A DNA stretch of 64,000 nt, from the NCBI GenBank assembly GCA_965219095.1, contig OZ244719.1, forward strand, positions 256,001 through 320,000, in the 5' to 3' direction. This document shows, piece after piece, positions 40,511 through 52,795 of the stretch. The first letter of the stretch is position 1, and each line of letters starts with the position of its first letter. A model generated the notes under the pieces. That model had not been told where the DNA came from and made no database searches. It saw nothing but the letters and a program-made list of their open reading frames with translations. The translations under genes were made by a program, and so were the position numbers. This stretch comes from Bdellovibrionales bacterium. GTDB lineage: Bacteria > Bdellovibrionota > Bdellovibrionia > Bdellovibrionales > UBA1609.

Positions 40511-42433
40511 CCTGAAATCTGTTAATTTTGGTACTAGGTTTTTATTCGGCCCTCGTAATGCGTCGCATTAGTCAGAGGGGATTTTACAACTTAAAGCTGT
40601 GTGGGATTTCCCGAGTCACATTAAAAGCTTTATAAAGGCTCTTTTGCTTACCGGACAACTCTCCTAATCTTGTTTGTCCTGTGGCCAATTTATAGAACTT
40701 TAATTTGTCTAAAATTTTATAGACCTCTGTTTTTGAAAATTTCTTGTACAGATTCTTTTCTTTCATCACATTGTTTATGTGAGAGATTAAAATTAAAGCT
40801 ATAAAGTTAATAAATAAACTTCCTCTCATGGTTTGTAGCGAATGAGTCCTCGCTCGCTTTTCATTTATATCATGCTTGAAAGACAAAAAAATCTTTTCAA
40901 TGCTATCTTTGTTTCTATACAACTCTAAGATCTCATCTTTTGAAAGCTTTTGATCGCAATCGGTAAGTAAAATCAACACACCCATTTTTCGCATCTGCTT
41001 TTTAATATAATCCAAATCTCTCAAAATAAAAAAACCCCCCTTTTTCTTGACAACTGTAAAGCGCTTCTTGGCACTCTTTAAGGTTTCTGCTATGCACTCA
41101 TCGCACTCTTTCTTTGTCCTAAACTTCTTCTTAGAAAATCTTCGCTCAAAATAATCCAACTTCAATAGCATTTCATTTTTTTTAGACACCCTTCTCTTTT
41201 CATCCAAATATATATGAGCCATACAACGAGTCTTTCCAATTTTAATTTCTCGTTTGCAGTAAGAATAAACTTGACCACGGAATACAAACGAAGAGGGAAT
41301 TGAATCAACTCCTTACTCACAGATCCCAATAAAGCATGGGATAGACTCGTACTAAAGCTCATAGGGACGATATACGATGAAGCCTCCCTGTTTAAATCTT
41401 TTATGTTTTCTTGGCTGTAAAACCCTTTATCTAAAACAAAACACTTCAAATCTAAATTGTATTCCTTGGCTAACTGTAACACGCTCCTTAATGACACAAC
41501 ATCAGTAATACTGCCCGGATACAATCGATAACCCAAAGGAAGGCTTGAATTTCCTTTGCCTAAACTTTCCTTGCTCTGACTTAAAACTCCTAAATTGACT
41601 TGATCCAAAAACTCACCATCTCGATTATAACCCCTTTCTAAAAACTCATTCTTAACACCATAAGAAGATATAGATGTAATATCAAACATAAAAACTCTGG
41701 AGCTTTCTCTGTGTACACCAACCCACTCCATAAAAAATCTCTCCACTCTCTGCTCGTCTAAACCTATAGATAAAAGAAAATTACTTATGTCCGGTGAATT
41801 AAGACAATTCTTGGAAGAAACAAAGGATTCTTGACACCAATACGGATAAAGATAATAAGCTTCCCCCCTAATCACTTTAAAAAAAGACAAATAAAGAACC
41901 TTCTCATATTCTTTCGGAAAAACTTTCTTTAACACCTTCACTAAATTTAATTGCTTGCTGATCTCTCGCAAAAGATGCACCCCCCAACACCTACAGAACC
42001 TATAGGATGTTTGTTCAACTTGGCTTCAAGCTTCCCCGTAGATTGATTCTTCTTGCCCAAATAAACTCTTCTCTGACGAGATTGTTTTTTTTCTTTGTCC
42101 CAGTAGCTGCTTATCTCATATACATAGATGCTTCCATTTCTTTTCTCTTCATACCTATAAGACATAGTTCAAATTGAACTATGTTTTAGGGGCTTTGTCA
42201 ACTCCCTGTTGATGGCTCAAAACTCTTAACGACAGGATCAAATTTCAATCCAAAAACAGAGCCTATGAAAAACATAGCTTTAAAAAGACCTATAAAAATA
42301 GTGTGTTATAAGTTCTCCAGAAAAACTCAATGAGACTAAATTAACTCGTTCTTATGATTTATCAGGAGTATTCTGTTGAAAAAAAACAGGCTCTTAGTCC
42401 TGAAACCTAGTACCAAAATTAACAGATTTCAGG
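40511..42433 (-). mobile_element. IS1634-like (IS4 superfamily) element, transposase in three frames
   Basis: Perfect 31-bp TIR CCTGAAATCTGTTAATTTTGGTACTAGGTTT. Motifs FDITSISSY, GYNRD, LDKGFYS and Y..KD.IEK.F. No target duplication. Confidence 0.88.
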
Positions 42434-42799
42434 AAGGTATAGGAGTATTCTTACAAAAGGCTTAAAAGAGCTTCCAGAATTTCCTAAGAAAAATGGCAAG
42501 AAAGGACAAATAAAGCATACACAAGCTCAGAACCTTTGGCTGCGATTTAAAAAGTATGAAGCAGAAATACTGTATTTTGCTAAAAGAAAGAACGTAGATC
42601 CTACTAATAACAGAGTTGAAAGAGATCTAAGAATGACTAAGGTGAAAAAGAAAGTGTCAGGGTGTTTCAGAACAGAAGAAATGGCGAAATATTTTTCTCG
42701 TATTACCAGCTATGTTAAAACAATGAGAAATAGAGGATATTCTTCTTTAGAAGCCATCTCTATGGCTTTAAATAAAAACTTACGAGAGTGAGCAGTTAC
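42434..42799 (+). mobile_element. IS66-family transposase 3' fragment and right end
   Basis: PTNNRVERDLRMTKVKKKVSGCFR. Ends in GAGTGAGCAGTTAC (GTAA terminus). Confidence 0.85.
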
Positions 42800-42884
42800 A
42801 GAAAAACAAGCTATTAGAAAAGGATGGTTTTTGGAACAAAATATGCTTATCCTATAAAAGAGGAGTAAAAACAGAGATTTAACT

Positions 42885-43163
42885 ATGAAAAGACATGGAA
42901 CTAAAGCCATCTTTACTACAATGATTTCAGTATTTATAAGCTTGTTTTATTTTTGCTATGGAGGAGATAAGCTCAGAGACCATCATTATGATAGTGTGGA
43001 GACCCATCATGAAAATATAAAAACTCTTAATCATCGTAATAAAGCTCTTAAAGTGATTGATTCAAAAAATCCTTGTCATAAAAATTACAAAAAAAATGAA
43101 TCTTATGATAAAAACTCTGACAACAAATGCTCTTTGAAATCAAAAGTAGATGGGAAAAAATAG
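42885..43163 (+). CDS. Small hypothetical exported protein
   Basis: 92 aa with a hydrophobic N-terminal segment and upstream AGGAG. Confidence 0.5.
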   Translation: MKRHGTKAIFTTMISVFISLFYFCYGGDKLRDHHYDSVETHHENIKTLNHRNKALKVIDSKNPCHKNYKKNESYDKNSDNKCSLKSKVDGKK

Positions 43164-43265
43164 ATTCCTTTTGTAGTGTTTCCATCTGAATCTTCTGATG
43201 AATACTTTGTTTTTCTAGAAAGAGAAACTTAAGAAATCCAAAAACCAAAGTTCGACAACTATAAT

Positions 43266-45662
43266 TTATTTACGAATCGAAATGTTTAATTTTTTACTTA
43301 CAGACGAAATAAGATTTTCTTGAAGCAAGCTCAGCTGTTCTTCAGATAAAGTTCCCTTTTCATCTTGAAAAACCATTCGGAAAGATAAAGAAAGCAAACT
43401 ATTCTCAAGAGGGTAAGAGTCAAAAATCTCTATAGATTTTAAAAGGCGACCTGCTTGTTTTTTAATCTCATTTTGAATCTCTAAAGCCGATACTTTCCTG
43501 CCTACCACAAAAGATAGATCTCTATTTACAGAAGGAAACTTAGAAACTGTTTGAAATTGCTTTCTTTTCAAAGAAGAAAGCTCTTCTTCCTCCATCACAA
43601 GCTCCACTTCAGCCAAAGCCACACTCTCTTTTATTTTATACTTCTGTTTAAGAGAAGGATGAAGGGTCCCTAAAAACCCTATGGGGTTTCCTTTAAAGAA
43701 AACCTCTAAAGCTTGATAAGGGTGTATCAAACAAGGAGGCAAACCCTTTTGAAACTCTTTTAATTTAAAAAATTTAGGGTTCCAGGTTAGGAACCAATTT
43801 TCAAAAACAGTTTTTAAATCATAAATCACTTGTCTCTCTGACTCTTTTGACCAAAGGTTATCTTTTTGTCCCCAAAAACTGCAACCTAAATGGGACTTTT
43901 CTTTTTCTAAACCTTGAAACACAGTTCCTACTTCAAAAAGTCTTCCCTTATGATTACCATAGCGAATGTTATAGAGCATGTTTTTAAAAAGATGAGGGAG
44001 AAGGCTTTTTCTCATCACATTAAAGTGTTCGTTAAGAGGATTTTCTATAAGTATTTCTTCTCCTTCATAACCTTCCTTTAAAAGATCATCTTGAAACGAT
44101 TTATTTGTAAAGTGATAATTAACAGCCTCCAGACAACCTTGACGAGAGAAAATTTCTTTTAACTCTTTTTTCAAGACAAAGGAATTCTCTGTTTTCTGAG
44201 GAGGATGGGACATTGAGGGAAGAGTTTCAGGAATTCTATCATAACCTTTCAATCTAGCACATTCTTCTAAAACATCCTCTTCAAGCTGGAGATCTTGTCT
44301 ATAAAGAGGAGGTGTGATTTCATAATGATCGTTCTTAAGCTTCTTACACTTACAATTTAAACTTTTCATAAGTTTTTCAAATTCAAAAGCGGATATATCA
44401 TAAGACAGACGTTGAAGAATCCCGTTGAGTGATACTTTAAAGGATTGAGGTTTTGCAGGTTGAGGATAAACATCTAAAGCTTCTTTTGTTGTTTCACCAC
44501 CTGCTATATCTAAAATCATTTGCGTAGCAAGATTTAAAGCTAAAAGAACTCCTTCACAATCAACTCCTCTTGTAAAGCGATAAGAAGAGTCTGTTTCAAG
44601 ACCATACTTACGAGAGGTTTTCCTTACAGTCTCTAAATTAAAAAAAGCACTTTCTAAAAAAATGTTTTTTGTACTCTCTGTCACGCCAGAGTTTTCACCG
44701 CCTATAATTCCAGCTAAAGCTACAATTTTTTTACCATCACGAATGACAAGTTCACTTCCATCACAACAAAGCTCATCCCCAAAAAGTGTTCTAAATCTCT
44801 CCTTCCTTTCAGCTAATTCCACCTGAATCAAGTTCTTATCTATCAGATCAGAATCAAAAGCATGGAGGGGTTGCCCTCTATCAAACATAACATAGTTTGT
44901 AATATCAACTACATTATTAATAGATTTAAGTCCTACGGTTTTCAATTTTTTCTGTAGCCACTCAGGACTTCTTTTGATTTGCACCCCTGAAATAGAACGC
45001 CCTGTATAACGAGGACAAAGTTGAACTTGCTTGACCTTTACACTGATTCTTTCTTTAACTTTACCAGAAAGTTTTATGTCCTTTATAGGTTTAAGAGGTT
45101 TTCCTAAAAGGCTTGATAACTCTCTTGCTAAACCATAATGACTTAAACAATCAGATCGGTTAGGAGTCACATTCATATCGAAGCATCTATCTTGGGTTTT
45201 TTTTAAGACTTCAAATAACTTCGCTCCCACAGGAGTTTTAGAATCCAAAATCCATATACCTTCTTCTTTTTCTCCATCTAAGCCCAACTCTTTTTGAGAA
45301 CAAAGCATACCATAACTTATCTCACCTCTAATTTTGGTCTTCTTAATTTTAAAATCCCCCGGTAGACAAGCTCCCTCCAAAGCCACTATCACTTTGTCTT
45401 GTTTTCTATGGTTTTTAGCCCCACACACAATAGATAAAAGATTTTTCTTCCCCACATCTACCTGACATAGAGTGAGTCTATCAGCCTGAGGATGTTTCTG
45501 AAGCTCTACAATCTGACCCACAAGCACATACTCTTCAAACTCTTGCTTTCCACCCTCCTCTACTTCAAGCCCTGCTTGAGTTAACTTTTGAGCTATAACT
45601 TGAGGTTCTAATTCAAAAGGAGAGGAAAAAAAACCTTCCAACCACTTCAAAGAAATCTTCAT
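43266..45662 (-). CDS. pheT: Phenylalanine-tRNA ligase beta subunit
   Basis: HPQADRL, IVCGA, TPNRSDCLS and a C-terminal FDX-ACB domain. Confidence 0.96.
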   Translation of the reverse strand: MKISLKWLEGFFSSPFELEPQVIAQKLTQAGLEVEEGGKQEFEEYVLVGQIVELQKHPQADRLTLCQVDVGKKNLLSIVCGAKNHRKQDKVIVALEGACLPGDFKIKKTKIRGEISYGMLCSQKELGLDGEKEEGIWILDSKTPVGAKLFEVLKKTQDRCFDMNVTPNRSDCLSHYGLARELSSLLGKPLKPIKDIKLSGKVKERISVKVKQVQLCPRYTGRSISGVQIKRSPEWLQKKLKTVGLKSINNVVDITNYVMFDRGQPLHAFDSDLIDKNLIQVELAERKERFRTLFGDELCCDGSELVIRDGKKIVALAGIIGGENSGVTESTKNIFLESAFFNLETVRKTSRKYGLETDSSYRFTRGVDCEGVLLALNLATQMILDIAGGETTKEALDVYPQPAKPQSFKVSLNGILQRLSYDISAFEFEKLMKSLNCKCKKLKNDHYEITPPLYRQDLQLEEDVLEECARLKGYDRIPETLPSMSHPPQKTENSFVLKKELKEIFSRQGCLEAVNYHFTNKSFQDDLLKEGYEGEEILIENPLNEHFNVMRKSLLPHLFKNMLYNIRYGNHKGRLFEVGTVFQGLEKEKSHLGCSFWGQKDNLWSKESERQVIYDLKTVFENWFLTWNPKFFKLKEFQKGLPPCLIHPYQALEVFFKGNPIGFLGTLHPSLKQKYKIKESVALAEVELVMEEEELSSLKRKQFQTVSKFPSVNRDLSFVVGRKVSALEIQNEIKKQAGRLLKSIEIFDSYPLENSLLSLSFRMVFQDEKGTLSEEQLSLLQENLISSVSKKLNISIRK

Positions 45663-46696
45663 ACAAACTGCCCTAAGAATCTCAAATCATTTTCATTAAA
45701 AAGACGAATGTCACTAATTCCATATTTAATCATTGCCATACGTTCCACTCCAAAACCAAAAGCAAAACCTTGCCATTTTTTGGGATCAATGCGAACGGAT
45801 TCAAACACCTTTGGATGAACCAAACCGCTACCTGCAATTTCAATCCACCCTAAATAAGAGCAGATTCGACATCCCTTAAAATCACAAATAGGACAAGAGC
45901 AATCCACTTCAGCAGAAGGCTCTGTAAAAGGAAAAAAACTAGGACGAAATCGCACTTTTGTCTTGTCACTAAAAAAAGCTTTTGCAAAATAAGAGATCAC
46001 ACCTTTTAGATCCGACATAGATACTTTTTGATCCACCCATAAACCTTCAACTTGAAAAAAGTTAGGCGAGTGAGTTATATCAGAATCACAACGAAACACA
46101 GGCCCTGGAGATAAAATCCTCAAGGGTAAAGATTCTTTTTCCATAGTATGAATCTGAACAGGACTTGTTTGTGTTCTTAAAACAAAGTTTTCTTTCCTGT
46201 CACTTTTAACATAAAAAGTGTCCTGCATATCACGGGAGGGATGATGAGGCGGAAAATTCAAAGCTTCAAAATTGTACCAATCCCTTTCCACCAAAGGCCC
46301 TTCTCTTACAGAAAAACCTAGGCGAGATAAAATTTCAATCATTTCATAAGTAACTAAAGAAAGTGGATGTAAAGCCCCTAGTTCTTTTTTCGCTCCCGGT
46401 AAAAATAAATCAAGCTTTTCTTCTTCAAGTTGTTCTGAAAGTTTTCGTTCCTTTAACTCTGTTAATTTCCTCTCATAGGCCTCTTGTAAATCTTTCTTCT
46501 TTTGATTCACAAGCTGTCCAAAGATAGGTCGCTGGTCTGAGGACAACTGTTTTAACCCTCTCATAAGATAAGAAAACTTTCCCTTTTTACCTAAAAACTT
46601 CACTTTCACATGATGATAAAGAGAGTCGGGATCTTTTGTTTCTGAAATCTTCCTTAAAGCTTCCTCATAAATATGTTGGATCTGTTTTTTATCCAT
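45659..46696 (-). CDS. pheS: Phenylalanine-tRNA ligase alpha subunit
   Basis: HPSRDMQDTF, LRTQTSPVQ, FPFTEPS and GFAFGFGVER. Confidence 0.97.
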   Translation of the reverse strand: MDKKQIQHIYEEALRKISETKDPDSLYHHVKVKFLGKKGKFSYLMRGLKQLSSDQRPIFGQLVNQKKKDLQEAYERKLTELKERKLSEQLEEEKLDLFLPGAKKELGALHPLSLVTYEMIEILSRLGFSVREGPLVERDWYNFEALNFPPHHPSRDMQDTFYVKSDRKENFVLRTQTSPVQIHTMEKESLPLRILSPGPVFRCDSDITHSPNFFQVEGLWVDQKVSMSDLKGVISYFAKAFFSDKTKVRFRPSFFPFTEPSAEVDCSCPICDFKGCRICSYLGWIEIAGSGLVHPKVFESVRIDPKKWQGFAFGFGVERMAMIKYGISDIRLFNENDLRFLGQFV

Positions 46697-46798
46697 AGAC
46701 CTTAAGTTTATCAAACTTAATTATGTTATGGCTTAATTGACGCATGCTGTAATCTATTCTCACAAGCTAGACTAAAAAATGATAAAATCACCTCATCT

Positions 46799-47554
46799 AT
46801 GAATGTCTTAAGTGAAAAAAGCTCGCATTTTAAAACATGGAAGCGTCTGCTTTCTTCTAAAGGGCAAAAGGAAGAGAAAAAATTTCTTCTTTCAGGAAGA
46901 AAAGCTGTAGAAGATTTTTTTAAAACCCCTTTGATAAGAGAAATTCTTTATACCAAAGAACATAAAAAACTCGCACCTCAGTTTTTCAAAAATTCTCTCT
47001 TAAAACCTTACGAATTAAGAAAATATCTTTTTAGACAACTTGATCCCTTCAACACAGACTTTCCTCTTCTTATAGGAGAGCAACCTCAAATTCCTGTTTT
47101 TGATCTTAAAAAAGATCCTAAAGGGTTAGAAGTACTATGTGCTTTAGGGGATCCTTCTAATTTGGGAGCTTTTTTAAGAAACTGTTGTGCTTTTTATGTG
47201 TCAAAAGTAATTCTTTTAAAAGAATCAAGTTGGCCTTTTTTACCTAAAAGTCTCAAAACCTCCAGTGGCCTTGCTCTTAAAGCACCACTTTTTCAAGGGC
47301 CTTCTCTTCTAACTCTTAAAGACAACAAACACCTTACAACCTTAGACCCTAAAGGAAAAAATCTTTACCACAAGCCTTTAGAAAAAAACATAAGACTTCT
47401 TATAGGAGAAGAGGGACAAGGACTTCCCAAACTCTTAAGAAAAAAAGCTCTTAAAATTCCCATTCACCCTCAAGTGGAATCTTTAAACGCTATGGTGGCA
47501 GGAAGTCTTTTCCTCTTTTATTACCAAACTCTTCACAGTGAAAATAAAAAATAA
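46799..47554 (+). CDS. TrmH/SpoU family RNA methyltransferase
   Basis: DPSNLGA..R, IGEEGQGL and IP...ESLNA. Confidence 0.88.
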   Translation: MNVLSEKSSHFKTWKRLLSSKGQKEEKKFLLSGRKAVEDFFKTPLIREILYTKEHKKLAPQFFKNSLLKPYELRKYLFRQLDPFNTDFPLLIGEQPQIPVFDLKKDPKGLEVLCALGDPSNLGAFLRNCCAFYVSKVILLKESSWPFLPKSLKTSSGLALKAPLFQGPSLLTLKDNKHLTTLDPKGKNLYHKPLEKNIRLLIGEEGQGLPKLLRKKALKIPIHPQVESLNAMVAGSLFLFYYQTLHSENKK

Positions 47555-47556
47555 CT

Positions 47557-48111
47557 GTAACTGCTCACTCCTGTAAGTTTTTTCGCCTCCTCAAAAGAAC
47601 TTCCGGGAACCCACAGATTCTTTTTGAGGAGGCGAAAAAATAAGCTCTGAAGCTTCAGAAAGTCTTAAAGAAGCTCATTTAGAAACATTGACAGTCCTTC
47701 ATTTAAAAGCTCCTCCTTTTTTACGAAAGACTTTAAGCTCTACGAACCCAATAGAAAGTGCCTTCTCTATCGTTCGTCAACAAACAGGAAGGGTGAAGAA
47801 TTGGAAGAAAAATCCTCGACAAATCTCCTTATGGGTCGCAGCTTCCTTGTTACATGTCGAGAAAAAGTTTTGCACTATCAGGGGACATAAACAAATACTT
47901 CTATTTATGGAAGAAATAAATAAAATAAACCTTGAAAAACAAATGGAGATAGCTTAATTATGAAAAAGTCCCTTCTGAAAGTCTAACGGAATTACGGACA
48001 TCCTCTCAAAAGAAGTTTTTTTAAAATCTCCTAACCGAAGCTTTTCCTTAAGTTAATTCTAAAATTTTAAATTTGAACATAAAAATGTCAAATTAATTTC
48101 TGTAATTGGTA
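47557..48111. mobile_element. Stack of IS remnants: IS66 end (47557-47584), ISL3 mini-hairpin (47585-47633), IS256 3' fragment (47642-48005), IS630 type A right end (48007-48111)
   Basis: GTAACTGCTCACTC is the reverse complement of the end at 42799. LSSTNPIES is an IS256 motif. The last part matches 11277-11380. Confidence 0.8.
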
Positions 48112-48446
48112 TAAGTAGCAAAAAGCAAGAGATTCTTTGTCAAACCCTTAAGAAGAAGTTTTTATCCTAAAGACAAACCATTTTACTTTAACATTAAGAA
48201 AGCTTTTAGGACACAGTACTCTCAAAAGAGAAGTTAGAAAACTTAGAAAAAATGGTTGCAAAACAAAGAAAGGCCGCTTAAACATGAAATCGCCCTCTAA
48301 AATTCCACCGAGAAATGGGACATCCTCTCTATTCCCTCTAGGAGAAAAAACTGGAAACCTAAACGGAAGCATTATATACGTACTTACTACACTTCAAAAA
48401 CCCCCTTTTTATCTTGCTAGAAAAAGGGACTTTTGAAACACGGTTA

Positions 48447-49317
48447 GGGCGTGTCCTCATTTGACTGGACCTTTACTTTGAAGTTTAAGCCAAATAAACA
48501 TACATGCTATAGATAGCATAGCTTTGAAATTTCTAGCAAGCTTTTCAAATCGAGTGGCAATACCTCTAAAATGCTTAAGACGAGCAAAAAGGTTTTCTAT
48601 CTGATGTCGAGATTTATAGATATGACGATCAAAATCTTTATTTTTCTTTTTGCTATTTTTTCGTCTCGGTATCACAGGCTTTATCTTCTTACTACGAGCC
48701 TTATCTCGTATCTCATCCGAGTCATAGGCCTTGTCAGCAATCAAATACTCACTATGAAACTCATCAATTAAATCACCTGCAACTTGACTGTCGTGCACTT
48801 CACTCTCAGTGATTTTAAAACAGAGCGGATTTCCATGTGCATCAGAGGCCATGTGTATTTTTGTTGTGGATCCACCTCTAGATTTTCCCACAGCACGACT
48901 TTCTCCACGCCGAGCTCCACTAGCATGCTGATGAACCGATACGTAACTTCCGTCGATGGACACCCACTCTGTATCAACTTCTTCTTGTAAAGTAAAAAAA
49001 AATCATTCCATAACCCTTTTTGTGCCCACCTATTAAAGCGATTATATGCTCTCTTCCAAGGACAGAACTGTTCAGGAATATCACGCCACGGACTGCCTGT
49101 ACGTAATTTCCATAAAATTGCTTCCATAACATTTCTATTGTTTGCTGAATGATAACAGCCTTTCTCTCTTATAATAGCTTCCAGATCCTTCCACATAGAA
49201 TCTGTTAAAACTTTTCTTAACATAATACCTCCCTTTGTTATGAGCTTTTTACAATCTTTATAAATATTCAACACGCCTAAGGTCTTGAAAAAGGTCTGGG
49301 CAAATGAGGACACGCCC
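48447..49317 (-). mobile_element. IS5-family (IS427-like) element, apparently intact, two ORFs overlapping at a T9 run
   Basis: TIR GGGCGTGTCCTCATTTG with TA flanks. Motifs LRTGSPWRDIP, IDGS, ADKAYDS and YKSRHQIEN.F. Confidence 0.92.
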
Positions 49318-49640
49318 TAGTATAATTTGCTTTGCCTTATAAAAAATCCACTATTGTATCAAAACAAAGCTGAGAATAGTCTGTGAGGTTGTCAAAATGA
49401 AAAAGAGTCTAAACCCTCATACTGGACCACAGAGGAAGGAATACAGACCTCTTTTGTGCTTTTTTTATACTTTGAGGAAGAGGATTAAAAAAAATTCAAT
49501 TTTTTTGTAAATTTTCTAGAGTAAAAAACTTTTTTACAGGCTCTTTTATAGGCCTTTTAAGACATGGAATGTCATAAGATTTTTTGATAATGAATGTCAA
49601 TTGTGCTATAAAGTTCTCATCATAAGTAAAGGAGTTGTTT

Positions 49641-50144
49641 ATGTCTTTTAAAGTTGTTACAACTTTCAAAAAAGGGGATCATGTTGTTTATCCAGGACAT
49701 GGAGTGGGTAAAATTGTTGGTATTGAAGAAAAAAAAGTCATGGATACTACTCTTGTGTTTTATATGATCAGTATTCTAGATACAGGAATGAAAATTATGG
49801 TCCCTCAAGATAAGGCTGATTCTGTGGGGTTAAGACATCTCATTTCCAAATCGGATGCAAACAAAGTGATGGACATTCTTCGTCAAAAGAATGTAATAGT
49901 AGATCAGCAAACTTGGAATCGTCGTTATAGGGAGTATATGGAAAAGGTGAAAACAGGCTCTATTTATGAAATTGCAGAAGTTTTAAGGGATCTGATGTTA
50001 TTGAAAGTGGATAAAGAGTTGAGTTTTGGAGAACGTAAAATGCTCAGTATGGTAAGAAACCTTTTAATGGATGAATTAACCCTTGTCACAAGCAAAGAAG
50101 AACTGAAACAGCAGAAAGAAATTAAAAGCATGTTAGGGCTTTAA
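49641..50144 (+). CDS. carD: CarD/CdnL family RNA polymerase-binding factor
   Basis: FKKGDHVVYPGHGVG, TWNRRYRE and LSFGERKM. RBS AAGGAG. Confidence 0.93.
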   Translation: MSFKVVTTFKKGDHVVYPGHGVGKIVGIEEKKVMDTTLVFYMISILDTGMKIMVPQDKADSVGLRHLISKSDANKVMDILRQKNVIVDQQTWNRRYREYMEKVKTGSIYEIAEVLRDLMLLKVDKELSFGERKMLSMVRNLLMDELTLVTSKEELKQQKEIKSMLGL

Positions 50145-52795
50145 ATTTCTTCTATTTTATAATATTATGCCAATTACAGAAATTAATTCGACATTTTTAT
50201 GTTCAAATTTAAAATTTTAAAATTGACTTAAGGAAAAGCTTCAGTTAGGAGATTTTAAAAAAACTTTTTTTGAGGGGAGGTTGAGTTTTCATAAGATATG
50301 TTTATTTCAGGTATATCTATTTGTTGTGTGAATCGATTGATGGGTTAAAATAAGTGAAAAAGTGAGGGTAAAATTTAAAATGACAAAAATCAGTTACACA
50401 ATTTAATTTATAGGTTCAAATTAATTTACAAGCTTGATTCATCTTGTTGTTTTCCCCAAGATTAATCCTGCCCTCCTGATCGCAAAAAGTATTCCAGGCC
50501 TCACAACAAGTATTCACTATATGGTCATAGTTTTTAAAACATGCATTCGATAATTTGATCCTTCGTAATTGTTGCCAGACTTGTTCCATGGGATTTAATT
50601 CTGGACTATAAGGAGGTAAAGGCATCAGGGATAAATTCTTAGGAACTATCAAAGTCTCTGTGGTATGCCAACTGGCTCTGTCCATTAAAACAATTCCATG
50701 ATAGTTTTCTTGAATATTTTTAGATATCTCATCTAAGTGAATTTGCATCATCCCTGAATTACATTCCGGTAAAATCCAAGCACAGCCTTTATCTTTATCC
50801 GGACAAACTGCTCCAAAAATATAAGTGGATAAAAATTGTCTTTGCCTCACAACTCTAGGCCGTGTGCCTTTTCTTGCCCAAATCCTGCTCAAAGAACCTT
50901 GCTGAGCTTATTCTGCATTCATCCTGCCACCAAATCTCTATTTTATGAGTCTGAATCTTTTCTTTTATTTTCTCCACCTCTTCTGGAAAATGTTCCTTAA
51001 ACTGTTCCATAGCTTCTTAATGAACTTTTAGGATGAAGAGAACGACCACTGATCCATACAATATTAAGGCGGTCTAAAGAAACATAAACCCTAGAAAGAG
51101 AATAGCAACTATCACAATTCATCTGCTAAAAGTTCCTGTATTCCCTTTGCTCCTATGCTTCCTCCTTCTCTTTTGTCTTGAATTTCATCTAACTTGATTT
51201 TAAAGTTCTCCTCTTCTGTTTCTGTCACTGGCAAACGAGGCTTGCGTCCTCTGCCTTCTCGATCTATCAATCCCTCGTAATCAAAGTCTACAAAAAAAGA
51301 CTGTAACCAGGATTTGATACTGTGACGATGATACAAAACCATACCTAGCTGTTTCTTGAATCGATTTTCCTTCTTAAATATGGTGCAAAACCAATAGTTT
51401 TGCCTTGATGTTGGCACTTCTTTCCACTTTGTTAAATAGCTAGAAAATCATACCCTTAAATCTGTGTAACTAAATCTTTTTTCGACGGTAAATCAAAAAG
51501 ACAGGTCACTGGTTTAAGCCATGATAGTGACCCTAAAGTACTTGCAGAAGGAGGTGATTTTTGAGACAAATTCTAAACCCTTTAGCTGGCCTGGTTTTTA
51601 AGGCCTCAAAGGGTGTTTTCCCTTTTTTTCGATTAAGCCTGTATTTTTGTGAAGGCTTACTCGAAAAAAAGGAAAAAGCAAAAAAAAGATGTAAAATAGG
51701 ATTTCAAGACTTTATTTATAAATAAACCAACAAAGGAGGAAAATAAAATGTATGATCACTATATAGCCGTAGATTGGGCACAAAGTAACATGGCCATTAA
51801 GGATGACAGGCAAATCAAAAGATATTAAGACTATGGACACGATTTCAGATCTTGGGAATCTTCGTGCCTATTTAAAAACCCTGAAAGGTAAGAAGATATT
51901 GACTATCGAAGAGACTACAACTTCGACAGTGGTTGTATTCAGAATTAAAGGATAGTGTTGATGAGCTCATAGTCTGTGATCCTCTTCGGAACAGACTTTT
52001 AAGTGAAGGGGCTAAAACTGATAAAATTGATGCTGAAAAACTTGTTTTATTGTTACGCTCTGGCCTTTTGAAACCAGTCTTTCACTCAGGTGATGAATTC
52101 ATTTACCTTCGTAAGATTGTCAGTGGGTATGAAGATGTAGTTAAAAGAGGAGTTCGTGTTAAAAACCAAAGATCAGCTCTGTTTCGAGCTTCCCATCTTG
52201 ATGCTAAGAAGCAGACTCAATTAAAACGGGCAGAAGAGATATATTTGTTCTAGAAGGCTTAGATAAAGCTATCAGTGCTTATGGGGAGGAGAAAGCACGT
52301 TATGAAGCAGAGTTTAAGAGGCTAAGTAAAAAACACAAAGATATTAGAAATCTTAGTAGCATTCCAGGAATTGGTTCTATCAAGGCTATCAAGATTGTAG
52401 CCAGGGTTGTAGTGCCTCACCGATTTAAACGTAATTCCTGGTGGAGTGGACTGCGGACTTGTAAAGCTACATAAAATGAGTGGTGGAAGGTCTTATGGAA
52501 CTAAGAAGTCTAGGTTTTGCCCACAAATGAAAAGTGTTTTTAAGATAGCTGCACTCTCAGTTATAGGAAATAACAATAAATTTAATGATTTTTATGAAGA
52601 ATTGATCAAAAAAAATTTACCACCACACACTGCTAGAAACGTTACCAACTAGAAGAATTGCAGCTTTAACTTTAGGTGTTTTCAAGTCTGAAAAAAATAT
52701 AAACCTTATGGAGAACGTAAAAATGTAAATAATAATAAAACAACCTTATAAAATCATCTGTTTAAAGTTTCTTGCATAGTAAGTAACAATACAAA

